Source: the human T2T-CHM13v2.0 reference genome, Homo sapiens | Length of the DNA stretch: 64,000 bases | Reading direction: 5' to 3' (one strand) | Assembly: GCF_009914755.1 (NCBI RefSeq) | Contig: NC_060937.1 | In this document: positions 55,521 through 64,000 of the stretch, in pieces | How positions within the stretch are numbered: the stretch's first letter is position 1 | How the letters are laid out: every line of letters starts with the position of its first letter | The notes under the pieces: generated by a model | Told to the model about the DNA's origin: nothing | What the model saw: the letters and a program-made list of their open reading frames with translations, nothing else | Databases searched by the model: none | Made by a program: the position numbers and the translations under genes

Positions 55521-56145
55521 CATAACTTAATGCAGGGAACGCAGTCGGTGGCCGATCTCTCCCGAACCGACCTCCTTCCTATCCTGAGCTTCATCTGCAA
55601 TCACTACTTCTTGGCTTAATCACAGGAAACAAAGATAGTTAACTTTACAATGTTACATGTTTTGATATGTTAAAAAAAAAAAAGCCATCAAATCGTATAG
55701 TACAATTACACATCATCTGGTGAATCACTGGGAAAGACCAATCTTGAAAACCAGCCAATTTCTTCCCTGGAAAGAATAATTAATTCAGGAGTGATGTTTC
55801 TATTTATACATCTTTTCAAGAAAAGTGAGAAGTTGTACCCTGAGGAAGTTTCCGAGCATGTAAAAGTTGTTTACATTTCCAGGTTTTATGTTCTATTTTT
55901 CTAAATCTTTTGTTTCACAAGAGAATTTGTTATATATCTTTATGTGGAAACATTTGTGGTCAAAGCAAAAACTGTAGGAATAAAATTCAAATCATTTTGC
56001 AAAGGTTTTTTGTTTTTTTTCCCCTGATCTCCATTTTCTGCCCCTGGCCCCTGCCTCTGTATTAATGTACATACAAATTTATGTTGAAAAAAGAGTGACA
56101 GGAGTTTGAAAAGACAATGAGGCCCTTTTGTCCCTGGCCTTTGAA

Positions 56146-56209
56146 TGTATACTAGGAGGGAATTCACATTAATTGAGTGTATACTAGGAGGGAATTCATA
56201 TTAATTGAG
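56146..56209. repeat. Two-copy 32-bp tandem duplication
   Basis: tgtatactaggagggaattca(c/t)attaattgag occurs twice in tandem. Confidence 0.9.
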
Positions 56210-56400
56210 CATATACTATGGGCCAGGTACTGTGTCAGGCATTGTGTGACTGTCACGTTTTCCAGTCCTAGCTCAGGGAGAAAGGTTGTCCTGTTTCCAT
56301 TTTATGGATAACAAAAGTGAGGTTCAGGGGGTGTAATTTGCTGGAGGGCACCTGCTGCTAAGCGGAGGAGTCTGGTTTCTAGGACTTAAACATCCTTCTT
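56200..56400 (-). mobile_element. MIR
   Basis: attgagcatatactatgggccaggtactgtg...tccattttatggataacaaaagtgaggttcaggggg...gggcacctgctgctaag. Confidence 0.75.
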
Positions 56401-57396
56401 TCTTCCAGCTTCACAAGATTCTTCCACTTGGCGTTCCCGTGTTTACTCCCTAGAGTGATGTCTTTAATCTAACTGGTAGAGAAAGAAAGTGCCCTCCTAA
56501 GTTTATCTGAAAGCTGATCAAAGTCTAAGGATACATAAAAGTCATTTCTGTTTTTATCTGCAAGGCATATACAAAATGTGCATGTGGTCAGCACAGCATT
56601 ACAAGCCAGTCAGCACTAGCCCTGCTCTCAGAGAATCTAGACAAGGGTCAAGGGACTGAAAAATCTTACACAGATAAAAAGAACAACCAAGGTTCATCTC
56701 ATGCCATAGAAATGGAGAAAATCCAGCAGGAGTAGCAGTTGGAGAGAGAAGGTACAGCACAAAGAGTGAACCAGGAAAGTCTTCCTGGAAGAGGAAAATT
56801 TTGATTTGAGATTTGGCTTTTTTTCCTCTGGTGCTTCATGAATATATAGCATTAAAAAAACCATGAAATTGTGAGACCTCTGACTAGAGGGGTAACCAAT
56901 GTTAATTGCTAATTTGTACGTGTAATTATTGGAAGGCCCTGATAGGCCGCATCATTCCTGAGGTAGAGAGACTGTTGTAGAGTGTGTACGTATGGATACG
57001 TGGGACCCTCACAATGTCTGTTTGCCATTCACTTCATTCCCACAGAACATAGCCCTTCACCATATGCACAGAAACACTGAGTGTTATCATTGAAAAATGT
57101 CTTACTGAACTTATGGGGAAAATAATGTATTTCATGGATTATTAGTGAGATTGGACAGACGTTCACATTGATGACATATTAGTCTTCCTTTTCCTTTTAA
57201 TTCTCTACTTACAAATTTTTCCCATTTTTCTACTGGATTATAGAGTGTATATAATAACATGATCTTTATGTCTCGAGAGTGAACCGTTCTCTGTTATTTT
57301 GAAGTTATTTCTGTTATGTTGAAGTTATTTTTTCCTAGTCTTCCATTTGTCTCTCATTTTGCCTTTGACATCATTACATAGACATTGATGAGAGTC

Positions 57397-57800
57397 GTAG
57401 GGGAGGAAAAATTTAATTTTCCTTACCCATTGCTAGGTTCATGGCTGAGGCCCCTGTAACAAAAGGCAGATTAACAGGAGAAGAGCAGACATATCTATTT
57501 AATGTCAGTTTAACATGCCACAGGAACCTTTAGAAATGGGGACGTATGATTGGACAATGAGGTGGATAGCCTAGCAGTAATAAACCAGGGAACAGGGAGG
57601 CTTAGCAGGGCCTGTGTGTTCTGAATCTTCTCTGTGTCCTTGTCTTTAGAGATAAAAATGTTCCTTTCCTCTGGGCATAGGGAGCACACCTCTCCCACGA
57701 GGGTCTCAGGACCAGCTTCAGCGGAGCAGGGTGGAGAGAGGTGAGAGGAGCTTTCCTGCTTCTGCTGTTTCCTCAAAGGCCAAGGGGCTGTGTCCTGGGC
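57397..57800 (-). mobile_element. ERV1 LTR (MER31-like)
   Basis: gtaggggaggaaaaatttaattttcc...gctgaggcccctgtaacaaaaggcagattaacaggagaa...ttcctttcctctgggcatagggag; family name from recall. Confidence 0.6.
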
Positions 57801-57874
57801 TGCTTGTCCTCAACCCGCTCTGCCTTTTTGTCTAGAGACACAGAAGGCCTTTTTTATCCCCATTTCATGATTAC

Positions 57875-58366
<492 letters not shown>

Positions 58367-58370
58367 TTAA

Positions 58371-58830
58371 TTTTTTAAAAAGTGTTCTGTGATATCTTTT
58401 AGTACTTTTATAGTATTTTGTGTTTATCACATCTGAAATTTATTTTTGTGTAGAATATTTAATATTTTTGAAAGGAGTAGTTCAAAACCACTTGTTGAAT
58501 TGACAAATTTTTCCTTGATATAAAAATGTCACCTCTACCGTATACACCAAGATGCATACATGCATTTCCTACTTCTAGGCTCTTCCTCTTGTTCCATTTA
58601 TTGAATTTTTATGTTTCTGAGCCAACACCACAATGTTTTGAGCACTACAGTTATCAAATATTCTTTGATATTTTACACTGCTAATTATTGGTTTTTCCTG
58701 TAGATTTTCTTTCCTAGATGAATCTTGAAATTAGCTAGTCAAAGTCTGTAAAATTTCCTTTGGGATTTGGATGTGGATTGGATTGGATTAATTTGGAGAA
58801 CTAACATTCTGATGATAATGTTTAGCGGTT
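58371..58830 (-). mobile_element. Old L1M fragment (probably continuous with ~57100-57390)
   Basis: T-rich degenerate ORF2-like antisense sequence (ccacttgttgaa...ttttctttcctagatgaatcttgaaattagct...tttgggatttggatgtggattggattg). Confidence 0.6.
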
Positions 58831-59849
58831 TGATTTTCATTTTCCGTGTTATCATTTTCAACTGCACTTGCTTCGACCTTCCCTTGGCTCTCTGGGAGAA
58901 AGTCTTCTGTCTCTCCCCAGCAGCATTGATTCCATTTTCTACCCGGTCCACTCTGCTTTTTGCTGCCTTCAGTGCATATTTTAACCCTGCTCCTGTTGCT
59001 TTCCCTATGACGCTCTTTCCTGTTGAGAAGTGTCAAGTAAAACTCTCTAAAAGTGCTTTTCACCTCCTTTAGTAGATAATTTCCAAGGGTACAGTTTTCC
59101 ACTGAATCTTAGATGATTATTCCCTTTCTCCTGTGTTGCAAGGTGTCCCTGCAGAGACATATTAAATGAGAGCCCTCTGGGAGCTGGTGGTGGGCTTAGC
59201 GTGGTGCACGTTGAACCAACTGCAGGATTCCAATCTGAAGGGAGGTTCTCCTGCAGGGGGATGCTGCTGATGGACTACTGATACTGATGGGTACTGACAA
59301 GCACCAGGCCTGGAGAAGCAATTCTTTACACCAGGATGAACAAACAGAAAGGACATCATGATGGAAGCCGTGGGTGTATTTTGAATGCAGCAGAAAGGAA
59401 ATGTTAGCCCCACACTTAATGGGAGATATGGTGGTTTTTTCACTGGCTGTGGGATTTCACATAGAGGCAAGAATGTGCACACTCTCTGATCACAGAAAAC
59501 TGACTTATCACGGGAGGAGGCAGACGGCTCAGAAAGGCGAGAGCTCTAACTTCCATGAAGTGGCAGAGTGATGTGGTGTGTGTCTGTGGAGGTGGCATAT
59601 CACGTGTCATGGCGTCTAATAATGTGGTGGGTTAGAACATGGTGAGACCAACGTCTGGAATGGCCAGGCTGGCTTCTGCCTGCATCCCTGTCCTCCGTGG
59701 GGCTGTGAAGGGCCCCGGCGGCAGGGCCCTCTCCTGGGGGGCTGTGGGAATGCCTGGCTGCAGGTCAGCCCACGGAGGAGCTTTGACACTGGCCCAGTGT
59801 GAGCTCATGGGGACACCCATACCTGTGTGAATGTGTGAGAGGACATCTG

Positions 59850-61575
59850 TGCGTGCCAGTGGGGAACCAGGATGTGTGTGTGTGTCTGAGGTGTGTGTGT
59901 CTGTAGGTGTATGGTGAGTGTGTGTTTACGTGTTTGTGGGGCATATGTGTCTCTTGTGGGAGGTTGGAGGTGTGTCTAGGGGAGGCTGTGTGTGTGCATC
60001 TGTCTGTGATATGTGTATCTGATGTGTGTGTGATGTGTGTGGGCATGTGTCTGTGGTGTGTGTGGTGTGTGTCTGGTGTGTGGTGTGTGCGTGTGTCTGT
60101 GGTATGTGTATCTGTGGTGTGTTTTTGTGTCTGGTGTGTGTAGTGTGTGTTGTGTGTGTGTGGTGTGCGTGTGTGCATATGGTTTGTGATGTGTATGGTG
60201 TGTGTCTGTGGTTTGTGTGGTATGTCTGGTGTGTGTGGTGGGTGTCTGTAGTATGTGGGTGTCTGTGTGTGTGGTGTGTGTGTGGTATGCGTGTGGTGCG
60301 TGTGTCTGTGGTGTGGGGGTGTGTGTCTGTGGTGTGTGTGTGGTGTGTGTGGTGGGTGCCTGTAGTGTGTGTGTCTGTGTGGTGTGTGTCTGTGTGGTGT
60401 GTGTCTGTATGGTATATGTATGTGGGGTGTGGGGCGTGTGTGTGGGGCTTGTGTGTGTGGTAGGTGTCTGTGGTATGTGTGGTGTGTGTGTGTCTGTGTG
60501 GTGTGTGTCTCTGTGGTGTGTGTGTGTGGTATATGTACATGGGGTGTGGGCGGGCGTGTGTGTGTGGTGTGTGTCTGTGGTGTGTGTATTGGTGTGGTGT
60601 GTGTGTCTGTGGTGTGTGTGGTATGTGTCTGTATGGTATGTGTATGTGTGGTATATGTGTGTGGTGTGTGTCTGGTGTGTGTGTGGTGTGTGTCTGTGGT
60701 ATGTGTGTGTGTTGTGTGTGGGTGTGTGTGTTGTGTGTGGTTTGTGTGTCTGTGGTGTGTGTGGTGTGTGGGTGTGTCTGTGGTGTGTGTGTGGTGTGTG
60801 TGTGGTATGTGTCTGGTAAGTGTATGTGTGGTGCATGTGTGTGGTGTGTGTGTGGTGTGTTTGGTGTGTGTGTGGTGTGTGTGGGTGTGTCTGTGGTGTG
60901 TCTGGTGTGTGTGGTGTGTGTGTCTGTGGTGTGTGTGGTATGTGTCTGTGTGGTAAGTGTGTGTGTGGTGTGTGTGGGTGTGTGTGGTGTGTGTGTCTGG
61001 TGTATGTGGTGTGTTGTGTGTGTGTCTGTGGTGTGTGTGATGTGTGTGTGTCTGTGGTGTGTGTGGTGTGTGTGTGTGGTATGTGGTATGTGTCTGTGTG
61101 GTAAGTGTATGCATGGTGCGTGAGTGTGATGTGTTTGGTGTGTGTGTCTGTGTGTTGTGTGTTGTGTGTGTGTCTGTGGTGTGTGTGTGTGGTGTGTGTG
61201 GTGCGTGTGTCTGTGTGGTATGTGTGTGGTGTGTGTCTGTGGTGTGTGTCTGTGGTGTGTGTCTGTGTGGTGTGTCTGTTGTGTGTGTGGTGTGTGTGTG
61301 TCTGGTATGTGTGGTGTGTCTTTGGTGTCTGTGGTGTGTGTGTGTGGTGCGTGTATCTGTGTGGTGTGTGTGTGGTGTATGTATGGTGTGTGGTGTGTGT
61401 GTCCGTGGTGTGTGTGTGGTGTGTGTTTATTCGTGGTGTGTGTGTGGGGTGTGTGTCTGTGTGGTGTGTGTGTGGTGTGTGCGCGTCTATGTGGTGTGTG
61501 TGGTGTATGTCTGTGGTGTGTGTGTGTCCGTGGTGTGCGTGTGGTGTGTGTGCATCTCTCTGTGGTGTGTGGAGC
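59850..61575. repeat. ~1.7-kb (GT/GTG/GTCT)-rich low-complexity tract
   Basis: Degenerate tgtgtggtgtgtgtctgtgg repeats throughout. Confidence 0.97.
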
Positions 61576-62318
61576 ACACAGTCCCAGCTCTCCCTCTGGT
61601 GCCCTCTGCCCATGTCTCCATCAGCCCCACGTGTCCCCCTCGTCCCTAGGCCGCATCCGACTGTCCACGTTGCCCTCTGAGGTCCGGCGCCTCATCCATC
61701 AGGAAACTGGGTCTTGGGGCCGCACAGGGGACAGCACCCAGCCCGCATATGCAGGCGGCTCTGGGGGCTCCCAAGGTGGCCTCCCTCCCGGCCAGGGCGC
61801 CTTCCATTCTTCCTCATTCGCGGCCATGGCCCTTGCTGGAAGCTCAGGCAGAAGCCCCTGGCATGTCTCATATGGCTCCTGAGGTGGTCCCAGCCCCTGG
61901 GACCTGCGGGGCGAATGCGGACTGGGAGCCTCTGCCCCAAGCCACATGGGCCTCGATCCCCACTCGGTAGCCCAGGCATCAGGTGCTGCTGCCCAGAAGG
62001 TCCCTGTCAATCAGACAGAAACGGTCCCTTGGGGCCCGGCCTCCTGGGTGCTGCCCGGGCGCTGCCATCCACCCCTCACCAGTGTGGGCCTCGCACCAGT
62101 TTGGCTCAGTGAGGAGCACCGGCGAGAGGAGGCCGCTGTGCCTCCCAGGTTCTCCCGGTTCTGCAGCCCAGCCTTCACCTGTTCTCAGGCCACAGCCAAG
62201 CTGCTGAATTCCTGGCATGTTTTGCTTGCTTCCACCTGGGACTGAAATTTTAAACACTTGACCTCCATCCTCCTTAAATTCACACATCATGCAACGTGTC
62301 TTACAAGAAACCAACACA

Positions 62319-62823
<505 letters not shown>

Positions 62824-63279
62824 TTAAGCCATTGATTTAAAACAATGCTCAGAAAACGGTTGCAGAGACTCCGTGTTCCCTAAGTTACGATGAGTTTGTT
62901 CCTGCCCGCAGAAGCCGCCTCGCCTCCGCAGTGCCACCTCTGCTGCCCCCAGCCACCGGCACAGCTGAGTCAAGGTACAACCGCCCAGCAACGCTTTCCA
63001 GCAGGGAACGTTGCCCTGAACAGCTCTGACTGTTGAGCGCACGTTAGAAGGCGCCACGCTAGCGCATTCCCCTGCGGTATTTGAAACGACTCCTGTTACA
63101 TTTGTTGGAGGAATGAGTCAGCAACCCTGAGAGCCTGTGACTCTCGCACCCTATACTGGCTCTGCCCTGTGGCCAGCTCCAAGGGCAGCAGGGAGATATT
63201 TTATATCAGCACGACCCCAAGGCTTGCCTCTGAGCAGCAGCAGCAGGAGCACCGGCCCACCCTAGGCAGAGCCAGGGTC

Positions 63280-63375
63280 TGTTCTGGCTCTGACACTTTA
63301 CAGCCATGTGGCCCGGGATCATCTTTCTCATTCCCAGTTTCCCTGTTTTTAGTAGAGGGGTGATAACGTCCACCC
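63280..63375 (+). mobile_element. MIR fragment
   Basis: tctggctctgacactttacagccatgtggcc...cagtttccctgtttttagtagagggggtgataac. Confidence 0.55.
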
Positions 63376-63624
63376 CCTTCACGAGCTTCTCCTAAGAAGC
63401 CCAGGAAATATGAATGGGAGCGAGGCTGTCACGGGTTGTGTAGTCCGATGGAGGCGGGGGTGATCCTTGACTTGACCCATAGCAGGTGTCCACTGAGTAT
63501 GTCCTGATCCAATCCGTGCCCTGCACTGCTGCTTCTCCCTACCACCATTTCTCTCCGTGTGCAAGGACAGGAGGCCACTCCAGCTTTCCCCTGTGAGGAA
63601 TTTTAGTAAACGTTCTCAGGGACA

Positions 63625-63755
63625 CCAGTCCACGGGGTCCGGATCCAAGTGCACTGTTATCCTCAAATCCAGTCCACAGGGTCCAGATCCGAGTGCGCTG
63701 TTATCCTCAAATCCAGTCCACGGGGTCCGGATCCGAGTGCGCTGTTATCCCCAAA
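63625..63755. repeat. Minisatellite, 44-bp unit, 3 copies
   Basis: ccagtccacggggtccggatccgagtgcgctgttatcctcaaat starting at 63625, 63669 and 63713. Confidence 0.95.
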
Positions 63756-64000
63756 CACTGTTGCAATCCCTTTCCTGGTTGAAGTCAGGTGGACTCTGTT
63801 ATACTAAGAAGTCTCTGTGTTTGTGCTGCTTTGGAAACGCCTTAGTTCATCCTAGCTTGGCCTCCCTGAGAGCATCGTCTGCACCATCCTCTCTGCAGAC
63901 CCCTCCTATTTCCCTGCAAAGCCCCTCCTCGGTAAGTTCCCGTCTGCTCTGCGCCCCTGCTCTCCCCACCGGGTCCCTCATTGCTTTGAAGGCTTCAGAC

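Noticed and set aside
59765-61882. Long His/Thr-rich and Cys/Val-rich ORFs
   Set aside because: Translation artefacts of the (GT)/(CA) low-complexity tract.

Overview
Primate (catarrhine) non-coding genomic DNA, intronic or intergenic. I cannot support any host protein-coding exon; the long ORFs in the track are by-products of tandem repeats or L1/Alu sequence. The window holds 10 Alus, several L1 fragments (two 5'-truncated L1PA-type copies and older L1M pieces), MaLR/ERV solo LTRs (MLT1, two MST, MER21-like, LTR8-like, MER31-like), DNA-transposon MITEs (MER20, MER3, MER30, piggyBac MER75), MIR/L2 remnants and many minisatellites, a density typical of distal chromosome arms. Repeat family names come from recalled consensus sequences and need RepeatMasker/Dfam confirmation. 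The most notable observations are: (1) a reverse-transcriptase fossil at ~55.2-55.5 kb that looks like a non-mammalian-type (fish/amphibian-like) L1/Tx1-clade LINE; (2) a 33-nt tailless U2 snRNA retrocopy with a 14-bp target-site duplication (TSD); (3) a ~98-bp insertion in an MST LTR that starts with a 30-bp copy of sequence 2 kb upstream; (4) VNTRs seeded from transposon fragments (MER3 end, MER21 interior); (5) a perfect 25-bp inverted repeat around a (TA)n loop; (6) a 49-codon PGBD4-like micro-ORF in MER75; (7) an AluY with changes suggesting an Old World monkey genome. I see no direct evidence for a complete new multi-gene system.
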